Shown here piece by piece: positions 28,921-38,511 of a stretch of 52,888 nt of DNA (position 1 is the stretch's first letter; each line of letters begins with the position of its first letter). The stretch spans positions 1 to 52,888 of the forward strand of contig JBBRLJ010000037.1 in NCBI GenBank assembly GCA_038231435.1. Reading direction: 5' to 3'. This DNA comes from Planctomycetota bacterium (GTDB taxonomy: Bacteria > Planctomycetota > UBA11346). The notes beneath the pieces were generated by a model. It had not been told where the DNA came from, did not search any database, and saw nothing but the letters and a program-made list of their open reading frames with translations. A program made the translations under genes and the position numbers.

Positions 28921-31900
28921 TCACGGCGCGAACGATTGCACCGCGCCATCGGCTTGGCCGACCAGGAGCGTCTGGCCGTCGAAGCGGACCATCGTCGGCA
29001 GGCCCGAGCAGGGAGTCGTCCAGACCGGCTCGCCGCCGCGGAAGAGGTGCACGGTGCCGTCCTGGCATCCGACCGCGAGGTACTCCCCGGTGCAGGCGGC
29101 TCCGGTTCCCGCGGGACTGGACAGCGTTATCGGCGGCGCCGGAGCGCCATCGAGCGAGAAGCGGGCGATGGTGGATCCGGTGGCGATGCACGCGACCGAT
29201 CCCAGCAGCACCGGATCCCCGACGGCGGGCGAGGCGAGCGTGCGGGTCCAGCGCACCTGGGCGCCGGCGGCGGTGATGCGGTAGGCTACCAGCCGGCTCC
29301 CATCGAGCACCATCAGGACGGTGTCCTCGGCGCCCATGACCAGGTTCCCGCATTCGCTCGCCTGCAGGTCGACATCCCAGGCGGTGGCGCGGGTCGATTC
29401 CTCGACCCCGACCAGGTGCCCGCGCAGATCCGCCACCACCAGCACGCGATCGAGATCCTTGGCCACGGCGATCGGACCCGCGAGCGCCGCGGCTGGCAAC
29501 GGTATGCGCTGGAGATCTCCGCCGAGCTGGCCGGCATACAGGGCCTCGGCGGCGAAAGCGATGCGCGGCTGGGTGCCGAACACCTCGTTGGTGAACACCA
29601 GGGGACGGCCGCGCACCTCGGTGGTGGTTGCCCGGGTGGCGCTGACTCCGCCAGAACCATCGAGCAGAACGACACCGTGATCGGGCAAGGCGATCGCCGA
29701 TCCGCCACCCGGCAACGGCGTGGGTTGATGGCGGGCATGCGGCTCCTCGATGCCGAGCGGATGGCTCCACGCGGATCTTCCGTCGTGGTCCACCAGCGAG
29801 AGCACGTCTCCGGCCACCACCAGCGCATGGCCATCGCCCAACGGCTGGATCTCGGAGATCGGCTTGCCGAATTCGCACCGCCAGGCCGGGATCCGGACCA
29901 GGGCCGAGCGCTTGCGCCAGTCCTTCGCCATGTCCTGAAGTCGGAACGACACCGGCTTCCACCCATCCAACGCCAGCACCACTTCGCTGCCGTCCTTGGG
30001 CAGGTAGGTGAGCACGAACGGGGTTTTCCCGACCGGCTTGCCCCCGACCGATACCGACGCTCCCGTCGGAGAGGTCTCGATCACCAGCGGATAGACGATC
30101 TCATCGGGGCGCAGATTTCCGCCTTGGGCAGCCATCACGTCATGGGCCGCCTGCCAGGCGTCCTCGTAGTTCTTGGCCTCCATCAGCGACCGGTAACGGG
30201 TCAAGCCCTGCTCGCGCAGCGCCTGCTGTTGATGCAGCGTGGCGAGGCGCGCCCGCGCCTGCGCGCTTTCAGCCGAGCCGGGATGCGCGGCCAGGAAGGC
30301 TTCCAGATCCGCCGCTGGCGATTGCGCGGTGAGCTTGCGGTAGGCCGAGGTCGCGTCGTCGATGGCTTCGCCGAGCGCGCGCCGCCGGGCCTCGATATCC
30401 GCCTTCTTGTTCCATCCGGCCGAGCGCGGTACGAGCGCCGCGAATGCGGCATCGGCCCCCTTGAGATCCGTGGCCACCAATTCCTCGGCCTGGGCGCACG
30501 CCTGGAGGAACTTCTTCTCCTCGGGCTCGAGCCGCGCGACCCCCTCCTTCGCTTCGACCGAGATCTTGGCATCGGCGGACGAGGACAGGGAGCGGAACAG
30601 CACGAGCGCCTCGCCCGATGCCCCGGCCTGCTCCCGCTCCTTGGCGAGCACCAAGCGCTTCGGGCCTTCTTTGACCGCCAGATCCTGCTGCTGCCGATCC
30701 TGGCGCATACGCTCCAAGCGATCGGCCTGCTGCCGCAGCGGCAGCACCAGCATGTCCACGCCGTAGGCCGCGGTGAACGCGGCAATGCGCGTGCTGGCGT
30801 TGTCGAGATCCTTGCGCTCGATGGCGCCCGCGATGGCGGCGAGGTCCTTCTGAGCTGCCTGCTGCTCGGCCAGCTCGAACGCGCCCTTGAGCTCGAGCAG
30901 CAGCAGCAGCGCCTGGCGGCGTTGGGCCCCGCGCAGCGCCTCGCAGCGCGCCTCGAGAGCCTTAATGCGCGCCGCGATGATGGGCACCGAGTCGCCGCCC
31001 TGGGCCGGGACCAGCGCCACGTCGGGCCTGAGGTCATCGACGGACCTACGGAAATTGTGCAGGTCGAGATGGGGCTTGGCGATCATCGCGCCGATGACCA
31101 GGAAGATCGCGGCCGCGGCCGCGTAGACGCCGGTCAGCTTGTTCCGGCTCTTGAGCGTCGCCGCGAGTATCTGTCTGAGGGGCGCGGCGCGCGGATCGTC
31201 CTTCTGCATCGAGCGCAGCGCCTGGCGGTATGCCGCCGTGGATCGCCAGTAGCGGCGCCCCTTGCGCAGCTGGTGGCCGTATTCGATGCGTTTCTCGATG
31301 AAGACTTCGTTGGCCTTGAACTCGAGCTCGCGGATGCGCGCCTGGATGTCGGTGCTGTCCGATTGGAATTTCGCGACCTCGCGCCAGTCGCGCAAGGCCT
31401 CGTCGATGCGGCCTGCCTGCTCGTGGGCGCTTGCGGTCTCCACCAGGGTCTTGATTTTCTCGCGCCAGTGGGCGGTGCCCTGCTTGGCTTCGGCGGTGAC
31501 GCGATCGGTCTTGACGAAGGTCGAGGTGGCGGGGTTGCCCGGCGGCTGTTCCGACTTCGACCGCCCGGCATGTGGGTTCGCGCCGCAGAAGATGCAGACC
31601 TGATCGGATACGGCCACTACCCTGCCGCAAGCCAGGCAGGTCAGCTGAAGCGGCGCCGAGCACTTCGCGCACTGCGCGGCCTCGCGGTGGTTGACGTGGT
31701 TGCACTGAACGCACACCACCACGTCCTCGGCAGCCGGGTCCTTCTCACCGCGCGAAAAGATGCGCGCGAGTTCTCGCCGCGCCGGCTCGTCATTCTTGTC
31801 GATGGCGAGGATCTTCAGGCAGGTGCCGCGCGCGTCCTCGAGCTGGCCGAGGCGCAGGTAGGTGTCCAGCACCGTGCGCAGCTCCTGGACGGCCGCCTGC

Positions 31901-32946
31901 GATTGCTCGGTGAGCATCAGGCAGCGGACCAGCGTCAGCCGCTCGGTGACCTTGTCGGGGGCGAGCTCCACGGCGCGGCGGGCGTATTCGAGGGCGCGAG
32001 CACCGTCCTTCTGATCGACGTGCTGGAGCGCCAACTGCGCGTAGCTGGCCGCGGCTTCGGCGCTCTCGCCGAGATGGTCCAGGCAGCCGGCCAGGCGCGC
32101 GGCGACGTCGCCATCGGTCGGCGACTCAGCGAGCAGCCGACGGTAGATGTGCGCGGCGCGCCCGAACCCACCAGATGAGAGCAGGTGGTCGGCGTTGACC
32201 AGCTGCTGCTCGCGATCGAGCGGCATGACTAGCCGCTGGTCGAGCATCTCGACGATCGCGCCATAGATGTCCAGCCTGGTGGCGACGCTTTCGACCACCA
32301 CGTCGTCGACGCTGCGCACCCCGTCCACCAGCGACACCACGGCCGACGCCGGATACTCCTTGGCGAGCTCGGCCATGCCGTCGTCGGCCCCTTCGAGCGG
32401 GGCGAAGACGACGTTGCCGTTCGGGATGCGTTCACGCAGGCGCTGCCATTCGTCGGCGCGCCGCGCCGATTCCATCAGCACCTGGTTCATCTCGATCGCG
32501 ATGGGGCTCTTGCGATAGCGCTCGACCAGGTCGTTGGCCAGCTTCTGGTCGGGCCCCGCATCCTCGAAGACGAAATCGGCGAAGTCCCAGGTCGACAGGC
32601 TGGCGAGCTCGTCGCGAGCCTGCTGCTCGTAGGCGGCACTGACGTCGTCGGCACTGACCCAGCCGTTGGTGACGATGGCCTTCACCACTTGGCTCTCGTT
32701 GCCGGACGAGCTCAGGCTCGCGGCGGAGTGTCCGTCGAGCTTGCCGATCAGGATCAGACGCTTGAGCAGCGCCTGCTTGCGGTCGCCGGCGCGGAAGCCG
32801 ACGCCGATGATGGTACCCTGGTCGAAGACCACATCGCGTCCGCCGGCGTCGGACGCCAGCCTCAGCACCCCGGTGGCCTGGATGCGGCCCAAGGTCTGGA
32901 ACACCTCTCCGAGCGACAACGTGCGCAGATTGCCGGCGAAGCCCAT
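28921..32946 (-). CDS. Large DUF4388 / TPR / double zinc ribbon / TM / PEGA / PQQ-like beta-propeller protein
   Basis: MGFAGNLRTLSLGEVFQTL...TGVLRL...FDQGTI; four CxxC pairs; one TM; IETSPTGASVSVGGKPVGKTP; Trp-containing beta repeats. Start taken at ATG 32946. Confidence 0.82.
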   Translation of the reverse strand: MGFAGNLRTLSLGEVFQTLGRIQATGVLRLASDAGGRDVVFDQGTIIGVGFRAGDRKQALLKRLILIGKLDGHSAASLSSSGNESQVVKAIVTNGWVSADDVSAAYEQQARDELASLSTWDFADFVFEDAGPDQKLANDLVERYRKSPIAIEMNQVLMESARRADEWQRLRERIPNGNVVFAPLEGADDGMAELAKEYPASAVVSLVDGVRSVDDVVVESVATRLDIYGAIVEMLDQRLVMPLDREQQLVNADHLLSSGGFGRAAHIYRRLLAESPTDGDVAARLAGCLDHLGESAEAAASYAQLALQHVDQKDGARALEYARRAVELAPDKVTERLTLVRCLMLTEQSQAAVQELRTVLDTYLRLGQLEDARGTCLKILAIDKNDEPARRELARIFSRGEKDPAAEDVVVCVQCNHVNHREAAQCAKCSAPLQLTCLACGRVVAVSDQVCIFCGANPHAGRSKSEQPPGNPATSTFVKTDRVTAEAKQGTAHWREKIKTLVETASAHEQAGRIDEALRDWREVAKFQSDSTDIQARIRELEFKANEVFIEKRIEYGHQLRKGRRYWRSTAAYRQALRSMQKDDPRAAPLRQILAATLKSRNKLTGVYAAAAAIFLVIGAMIAKPHLDLHNFRRSVDDLRPDVALVPAQGGDSVPIIAARIKALEARCEALRGAQRRQALLLLLELKGAFELAEQQAAQKDLAAIAGAIERKDLDNASTRIAAFTAAYGVDMLVLPLRQQADRLERMRQDRQQQDLAVKEGPKRLVLAKEREQAGASGEALVLFRSLSSSADAKISVEAKEGVARLEPEEKKFLQACAQAEELVATDLKGADAAFAALVPRSAGWNKKADIEARRRALGEAIDDATSAYRKLTAQSPAADLEAFLAAHPGSAESAQARARLATLHQQQALREQGLTRYRSLMEAKNYEDAWQAAHDVMAAQGGNLRPDEIVYPLVIETSPTGASVSVGGKPVGKTPFVLTYLPKDGSEVVLALDGWKPVSFRLQDMAKDWRKRSALVRIPAWRCEFGKPISEIQPLGDGHALVVAGDVLSLVDHDGRSAWSHPLGIEEPHARHQPTPLPGGGSAIALPDHGVVLLDGSGGVSATRATTTEVRGRPLVFTNEVFGTQPRIAFAAEALYAGQLGGDLQRIPLPAAALAGPIAVAKDLDRVLVVADLRGHLVGVEESTRATAWDVDLQASECGNLVMGAEDTVLMVLDGSRLVAYRITAAGAQVRWTRTLASPAVGDPVLLGSVACIATGSTIARFSLDGAPAPPITLSSPAGTGAACTGEYLAVGCQDGTVHLFRGGEPVWTTPCSGLPTMVRFDGQTLLVGQADGAVQSFAP

Positions 32947-33023
32947 TGAACAGACAGTAGGCCGCGCGGGTGATGGGTCAACGCAACCGCTGGATGGATC
33001 CATCGAATCGGGTCGAGTGTGGC

Positions 33024-33059
33024 GCGCGGGGTGCGCGGAATGCGCGGAATGCAGGGAAC
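33024..33059. repeat. Imperfect 9-bp tandem repeat (GCGCGGAAT-like, x4) in a divergent intergenic region
   Basis: gcgcggggt gcgcggaat gcgcggaat gcagggaac. Confidence 0.65.
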
Positions 33060-33099
33060 GCCTGTCTTGAATACCCGCTCCGCCGAGGTCGACTCGGCC

Positions 33100-34002
33100 A
33101 TGCCCAGCGCGCCGGACCGACCCACCGCGTATCTCTGGTGCCCCGCCTATGCGCTCGCCGATCAGGCCCAGGTCGAGCGCACCCGCGCCTCTGCCCAGCG
33201 CTTCGCCGCCGCCATCGGTCATTCCCTGATCGAATCGCCGTCCTTGCCTCGCTGCGGCGTGATCGGCTCATGGCCGGCGCCGACCGAGCGGCTGGCCGAA
33301 CTCGAGCAGGCCCTGACCCACGACCTGATCCTGGCGGCGCGCGGCGGTTACGGATGCGTCGATCTGGTCGGGGCGCTGCTCGACCCGGCCCGACGGCTCC
33401 CCCGTCTGGTCGGCTATTCCGATCTCACCGTGCTGCACGCCTGCTGGAGTGTGCGTGGCGGTCCGGAAACCTACTACGGCTTCATGCCGGCGGCGCCATG
33501 CGGCGAGCGCGCGCTGTCGACGGCGGCGGCGCTGGTTCGCGGCGAAGGCCTGGGCCTGTCGGCCGCGGGATATCCCGAAGCCACCCCAGTGCGCGCGGGC
33601 GAGGCGACGGGGCCGCTGGTGCCCGCCTGCCTGCGCGTGCTCGCTTCCGTGTGCGGCACGCCTGCGATGCCCGCCCTGGCCGGGACCATCCTGGCGCTCG
33701 AGGACATCGACGAACGGCCTTACCGCGTCGATCGCGATCTGGCTCAGCTGCAGCTCGCGGGCGCGCTGGACGGCGTGCGCGCGCTGGTGTTCGGCACGCT
33801 GCGCTTCCAGGCTCCGGCGGGATACGCTGGACCGTCGGCGCTTGAGATCTGCCGGCGCTGGGGCGACCGCCTCGGAGTGCCGACGCTCTATGGCCTGCCG
33901 TTCGGCCACGAGCCGGATCCCGTGACCCTGCCGTGGGGACGGCCGGCGACGATCGGTATCGGAGGAGCGGATTGGCGCCTCGATATAGCAGCGGCGCGCT
34001 GA
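33100..34002 (+). CDS. LD-carboxypeptidase (peptidase S66)
   Basis: ARGGYG, GYSD (Ser), LEDIDE (Glu) and FGH (His) triad motifs. Confidence 0.92.
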   Translation: MPSAPDRPTAYLWCPAYALADQAQVERTRASAQRFAAAIGHSLIESPSLPRCGVIGSWPAPTERLAELEQALTHDLILAARGGYGCVDLVGALLDPARRLPRLVGYSDLTVLHACWSVRGGPETYYGFMPAAPCGERALSTAAALVRGEGLGLSAAGYPEATPVRAGEATGPLVPACLRVLASVCGTPAMPALAGTILALEDIDERPYRVDRDLAQLQLAGALDGVRALVFGTLRFQAPAGYAGPSALEICRRWGDRLGVPTLYGLPFGHEPDPVTLPWGRPATIGIGGADWRLDIAAAR

Positions 34003-34075
34003 GCTGTCCCGTACCCCATGTCGGCCTCGGTGGCGGCGCCGGTCAACAGCCGGAAGCCTGGGAGGTAACACCTGG

Positions 34076-34813
34076 ATGATGCGCAAAGCCTTCACGCTCA
34101 TGGAGCTGCTGATCGTCGTCACCATCATCATGGTGCTCGCGGGGTTGCTGTTCCCGGCCTTCAACATGATCCGGACCCAGGCCAACACCGTGAAGTGCAT
34201 GAACAATCTCAGGCAGATCGCTTTGGCGATGGAGGTGTATCGCCAGAACCACGACGAGACCTTCCCCGGATATCTGAACGAACTGGTGGCAGAGGGCTTC
34301 ACTGCGAAATCCTTCCTCTGCCCCTTGGACAAGACCCACGGTGCCGATCCGCACATGGGTCGGCAGCCCCCAGGTGGCCCGGGCGGCTGGGGTGACTACA
34401 CCCGCCTGCACGAGAACGGTTCGAGCTACTGCTATGAAGCGAGCGGGAAGAAGGATGCGACCCTCTTCACCGCCAACGACCGCGATTACTTCTATCGCGA
34501 TCAGCTGGCGGCCGATCGCCCGGCGATCGGGACCGTGGGTTGGGCCGACGGGAAGTCCCATCAGCAGAAGTTCGGCAACCTCAAGGACCCGTCGAAAGGG
34601 ACGCCCGGGTCTCCCGACCCAGCGCGTTATGGGAATCCGTTCTCGGCATCCAACGTGCCGATCGTGCGTTGCTACTGGCATGCTCCCTGGGCCAACGTCA
34701 CCAATGCGGCTGGCCGGACGATGAAGAAGGTCAACAACATCAGCTTCGACTTCAACACGTTCTGGAGCACCCCTTACTGGGAGCTGGACGTGACGCCGAA
34801 TCTCGATCCCTGA
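34076..34813 (+). CDS. Prepilin-type N-terminal cleavage/methylation domain protein (PVC-type pilin-like)
   Basis: RKA|FTLMELLIVVTII...CMNNLRQI; GGAGG RBS. Confidence 0.9.
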   Translation: MMRKAFTLMELLIVVTIIMVLAGLLFPAFNMIRTQANTVKCMNNLRQIALAMEVYRQNHDETFPGYLNELVAEGFTAKSFLCPLDKTHGADPHMGRQPPGGPGGWGDYTRLHENGSSYCYEASGKKDATLFTANDRDYFYRDQLAADRPAIGTVGWADGKSHQQKFGNLKDPSKGTPGSPDPARYGNPFSASNVPIVRCYWHAPWANVTNAAGRTMKKVNNISFDFNTFWSTPYWELDVTPNLDP

Positions 34814-34832
34814 ACCAGTCCACGGCTCGGGA

Positions 34833-35588
34833 TCACTTCTTCAACCAGCACACCTGCCGCCCATCGGTCGCCCGCGGCCCGAGCAGCCCCGGCCAGGTCT
34901 CCACCAATGACAGGCCGCATGCGCTCGCCATGTCGGAAATCTCGGCCACGGCATACAGCCGCACGCTCTCGCGATAGCTCGCGTGGGGCGAAGCCGCGCC
35001 GCGGTATTCCACGTCCTTGATGACGCGCCGCCCCGAGATGCGCCGCCGTTCGACCAGCTCCACTCCCGCCGCGGTCATGCGCCGGCTCTCGGGCACCAAG
35101 GTCGACTGCAACCGCGCCGGATCGGGCAGGTCCAGGAGCAGCCATCCGCCCGGAGCCAGGAGTCCGCCCAGAGCGCGCAGGCAGGCGGCATTCTGGTCGT
35201 CGTCGAAATAGCCGAACGCGGTGAAGAGCAGCAGCACCGCTCCCCAGCCCTGAGCGAACGGTGGCGCGCGCATGTCGCAGCGCGCGAGCGCGCCTCGGCA
35301 GCGTTCGCGACCAGCGGCGGCGGCCAGCAGGTGCGGGCTGAGATCGAATCCGAACGCGGTGAGACCGGCCTCGCGCAGCTGGGCCAGGTGCCGTGCGTTG
35401 CCGCAGCACGCGTCGAGGATCGGCCCCGGCGCGTTGCGCAGGCGCGGCAGCAGCGACTCGACCTCGGCGCGCGCAAGCACGTCGCTGCGGTGGGCATAGA
35501 CCTCGAGATATTCCGCCCCGAAGGCGCGTTCCCACCAACGCTCGGCGGCATCCGCATCGCTGGGCTGCGGCGGCGGTGTCGTGGCCAC
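34833..35588 (-). CDS. Class I SAM-dependent methyltransferase
   Basis: ILDACCGNARH, GFDLS, CDMR, LFTAFGYF, LAPGG. GTG start inferred. Confidence 0.88.
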   Translation of the reverse strand: MATTPPPQPSDADAAERWWERAFGAEYLEVYAHRSDVLARAEVESLLPRLRNAPGPILDACCGNARHLAQLREAGLTAFGFDLSPHLLAAAAGRERCRGALARCDMRAPPFAQGWGAVLLLFTAFGYFDDDQNAACLRALGGLLAPGGWLLLDLPDPARLQSTLVPESRRMTAAGVELVERRRISGRRVIKDVEYRGAASPHASYRESVRLYAVAEISDMASACGLSLVETWPGLLGPRATDGRQVCWLKK

Positions 35589-35590
35589 GG

Positions 35591-36271
35591 TCAGCCGCCG
35601 GCCGTGCGCAGACGGGTCGACGAAGACGGCATGCCGTCCAGGGCCTCGGCCAGCGAGGCGACGCAGCGATCCGCGCCAGCGGCCAGCAGCTCGGCGGCCG
35701 ACACCAGGCCAGGAGAGGCGAATACCGTGCAGCCGGCGGCCTTGCCCGAGCGCACCCCGCTCACGCTGTCCTCGATCACCAGGCAACGCTGCGGCGGCAC
35801 GCTCAGGCGCCGACAGGCGAGCAGATACGGAGCTGGATGTGGCTTGTGCTCGACGGTGTCCTCATGGCAGATGCGGCTCGCCAGGCGTTTGGCCAATCCC
35901 GCAACGTCCAGGCTGAGCGCGCACAGGCGCCGCTCGGCCGAGGTCACCACCGTGCAGGCGATGCCTTCTGCCAGGGCGCGAGCGAGCAGCTCGTGTACCC
36001 CTGGGCGCAGCGCGAGCCCCTCGATGCGGTAGGACTCCATCAGCAGGGCGGTCTTGCGCTCGACCCACGCGGCCGCATCGGCGCTGATGCCGTGGGTCTT
36101 CATGAGGTGTTGGTAGAAGGAGTGGTCGCCCTTGCCGATGTTGCCGACCACCATCTCGTCGGTCGCCGTGATGCCTTGGGTGGCGAGGAAGGTGCGATGG
36201 GCGTGGAAATGCCGTGGCTCCGAATCGACCAGCGTGCCATCGAGATCGAGCAGGAGCGCGGCATACGTCAT
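35591..36271 (-). CDS. HAD family phosphatase (beta-PGM-like)
   Basis: DLDGTLVDSE, VVTS, KPHPAPY, VIEDS. Confidence 0.93.
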   Translation of the reverse strand: MTYAALLLDLDGTLVDSEPRHFHAHRTFLATQGITATDEMVVGNIGKGDHSFYQHLMKTHGISADAAAWVERKTALLMESYRIEGLALRPGVHELLARALAEGIACTVVTSAERRLCALSLDVAGLAKRLASRICHEDTVEHKPHPAPYLLACRRLSVPPQRCLVIEDSVSGVRSGKAAGCTVFASPGLVSAAELLAAGADRCVASLAEALDGMPSSSTRLRTAGG

Positions 36272-36420
36272 GCACGGAGACTAATGGTCTGGACCGTCCA
36301 CGGTAGGGTCCCTCGTCCGCGGCGACTGATCGCGTCCGGAAACGACCGGACCCCGGGCTTCCGCCCGAGGTCCTGCGTGCACTACGACTCACTCTCCGGA
36401 GGCGCGGCTTCGAAGACTTG

Positions 36421-36738
36421 TCAGCGCATGACGGGTTGTCGATGTGACTGGACTTCCTTCTCATGGATCTTGCGCAACTGCGCGGCGCACTTGTCGGACA
36501 CCATGTCGATGGCGGAATACACCGTCTCCTCGTTGTCATGGGCGACCACGTGCTTGCCGTGCGGCAGATGCATATCGACATCCACGCGGTAGCCGAACTT
36601 CTCGGCTTCATGGATGGTGACGTGGAGTTTCTTCAATCCAGTATGGAAGCGGCCGAGCTGCCCGAGCTTGTCCGTGATGTGGGCCTTGATCCGATCCGAG
36701 ACCTGGAAGTGGACTCCGGAGATGTGGATATCGACCAT
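36421..36738 (-). CDS. hpf: Ribosome hibernation factor, short HPF/RaiA family
   Basis: MVDIHISGVHFQVSDRIKAHITDKL...VYSAIDMVSDKCAAQLRKIHEK; GAGGG RBS. Confidence 0.9.
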   Translation of the reverse strand: MVDIHISGVHFQVSDRIKAHITDKLGQLGRFHTGLKKLHVTIHEAEKFGYRVDVDMHLPHGKHVVAHDNEETVYSAIDMVSDKCAAQLRKIHEKEVQSHRQPVMR

Positions 36739-36860
36739 GACGGTATTCCCTCGACGTCTCGGGCTGCCTGCCCCTGGCGGCAGCCGTGTGGTTTGGGAGG
36801 CGCGTCGCGACGCCCGGGGGTACCGGGTCGAAGCGGGCGCCTCAGGGGGCCCCACGTTTC

Positions 36861-36890
36861 ATTGTACCGCCAATGTGCCGACCCCGTCAA
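36861..36890 (-). promoter_or_regulatory. Sigma70-type promoter for hpf
   Basis: On the minus strand, TTGACG-N18-TACAAT: near-consensus in a high-GC background. Confidence 0.7.
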
Positions 36891-37038
36891 CCGCAAAGGC
36901 TGTAGACAGGCGAAGCATCCCCTTAGCGGTTGACCCTTGGCGGTGCATGCATCCCCGGCGGAATGGGGATTTGGGGTTGACTAACGCCATCGGCGCGGAC
37001 CCCCTGGCAACCAGCGCGCCCCCCATAGCATCTGGTCC

Positions 37039-37965
37039 GTGGAATTTCGCGGCCGGCATGTGATCTCGATCGCTGATTTCTCGCGCGACGACATCCTCCA
37101 TATCCTCGACAAGGCCCGCGAGGTCGAGAACAACCCACGTCCGGATATGCTGCACGGACGCCTGATGGCGACCCTCTTCTTCGAGCCCAGCACGCGCACC
37201 CGCCTGAGCTTCGAGGCGGCGATGCAGAAGCTGGGCGGCCGGGTGATCGGATTCTCTGACGCTGGTTCGACCAGCACCAAGAAGGGCGAGAGCCTGGCCG
37301 ACACCATGCGCATGGTCGAGCAGTACGCCGACACCATCGTCATGCGCCATCCGCGCGACGGCGCCGCGCGCCTGGCCAGCCAGCTCTCACGCGTGCCGAT
37401 CATCAACGGTGGCGACGGAGCCAACCAGCACCCGAGCCAGACCTTCCTCGACCTCTATACCATCGCCAAGCTCTTCCCCGAGCTCACCGACGGGTCGCGC
37501 GTGCTGACCATCGCCTTCGCCGGCGACCTGCGCTATGGCCGTACCGTCCACAGCCTGCTCAGCGCGCTCTGCCATTTCCGCGTGCGCCTGCTGACTGTCG
37601 CCCCGCGCGGACTGGAGATGCCGCAGCAGTACCTCGACGAAGCCGCGGCGGCGAAGGTGCCGATCGAGAACGCCGCCAACCTGCAGGAGGCGATCAACCA
37701 CTGCGACGTGCTGTACATGACCCGCCTGCAGGAGGAGCGCTTCCCCGATCCGCTCGAGTTCGATCACATCAAGGCCAGCTATCGCATCACCGCCTCGATG
37801 CTGCGCGACGCGCCGCCGCGCATGCGCATCCTGCATCCGCTGCCGCGCATCAACGAGATCGCCCGCGATGTCGACCAGACCCTGCACGCGCACTATTTCC
37901 CACAGGCCGGCAACGGCATCCCGGTGCGGCAAGCGCTCCTGGGCCTGGTCATGGGGGCTCTGTGA
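37039..37965 (+). CDS. pyrB: Aspartate carbamoyltransferase catalytic subunit
   Basis: FFEPSTRTRLSF, KKGESLADT, HPSQ, RLQEER, HPLPR. Confidence 0.97.
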   Translation: MEFRGRHVISIADFSRDDILHILDKAREVENNPRPDMLHGRLMATLFFEPSTRTRLSFEAAMQKLGGRVIGFSDAGSTSTKKGESLADTMRMVEQYADTIVMRHPRDGAARLASQLSRVPIINGGDGANQHPSQTFLDLYTIAKLFPELTDGSRVLTIAFAGDLRYGRTVHSLLSALCHFRVRLLTVAPRGLEMPQQYLDEAAAAKVPIENAANLQEAINHCDVLYMTRLQEERFPDPLEFDHIKASYRITASMLRDAPPRMRILHPLPRINEIARDVDQTLHAHYFPQAGNGIPVRQALLGLVMGAL

Positions 37966-38429
37966 GCGAAACCCCCTCTGGAGCCTCGAAGATCCGCCAG
38001 GTCGAGGCCATCGCCAATGGCACGGTGATCGACCACATCCCCAGCGCCATGACGCTCAAGGTGGCGATGCTGCTCTCTGGCCACGACGACCAGGTGTTCA
38101 TGGGCATGAACCTGCGTTCCTCGCGCATCGGCAAGAAGGGCGTGGTCAAGATTTCGGGCCGCGAGCTCACCGAGCGCAGCGTATCCTCGCTCGCGCTGAT
38201 CGCCCCCACCGCCACCATCTGCATCATCCGCGACTATGCCGTGGTCTCGAAGAAGCCGGTGCCGGTGCCGAGCCGCTTCGAGGACATCGCGCGCTGCGCC
38301 AACCCCAACTGCGTCACCAATCACGAGAAATGGTCGACACGCCTGGACGTGGTCGGCCACGCCCCGCTGCGCGTGCGCTGTGTCTACTGCGAGCGCAGCT
38401 TCGACGCGTCGGATCTGACGTTGATATAG
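37962..38429 (+). CDS. pyrI: Aspartate carbamoyltransferase regulatory subunit
   Basis: VEAIANGTVIDHIP; CANPNC...CVYC Zn site; GTGA overlap with pyrB. Confidence 0.95.
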   Translation: MSETPSGASKIRQVEAIANGTVIDHIPSAMTLKVAMLLSGHDDQVFMGMNLRSSRIGKKGVVKISGRELTERSVSSLALIAPTATICIIRDYAVVSKKPVPVPSRFEDIARCANPNCVTNHEKWSTRLDVVGHAPLRVRCVYCERSFDASDLTLI

Positions 38430-38511
38430 GAGTGTCTGGTGCGTGGTCGAACGGACGATCACAGAGCAGGTCACATCACCGATACCATCTTACCGGACAC
38501 CACACACCGCC

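Noticed and set aside
28759..32178. 1139-aa plus-strand ORF and other long overlapping ORFs (e.g. 23340..25724, 13443..15278, 10788..12338, 49933..51492)
   Set aside because: Antisense or alternate-frame shadows of clear genes, expected in high-GC coding DNA; Arg/Gly/Ala-rich with no motifs.
36739..37038. raiA-motif RNA upstream of hpf, or a PyrL/PyrR attenuator upstream of pyrB
   Set aside because: The hpf leader is too short and lacks the raiA-motif sequence as I recall it. No leader peptide with a U-tract terminator or PyrR box is visible before pyrB.
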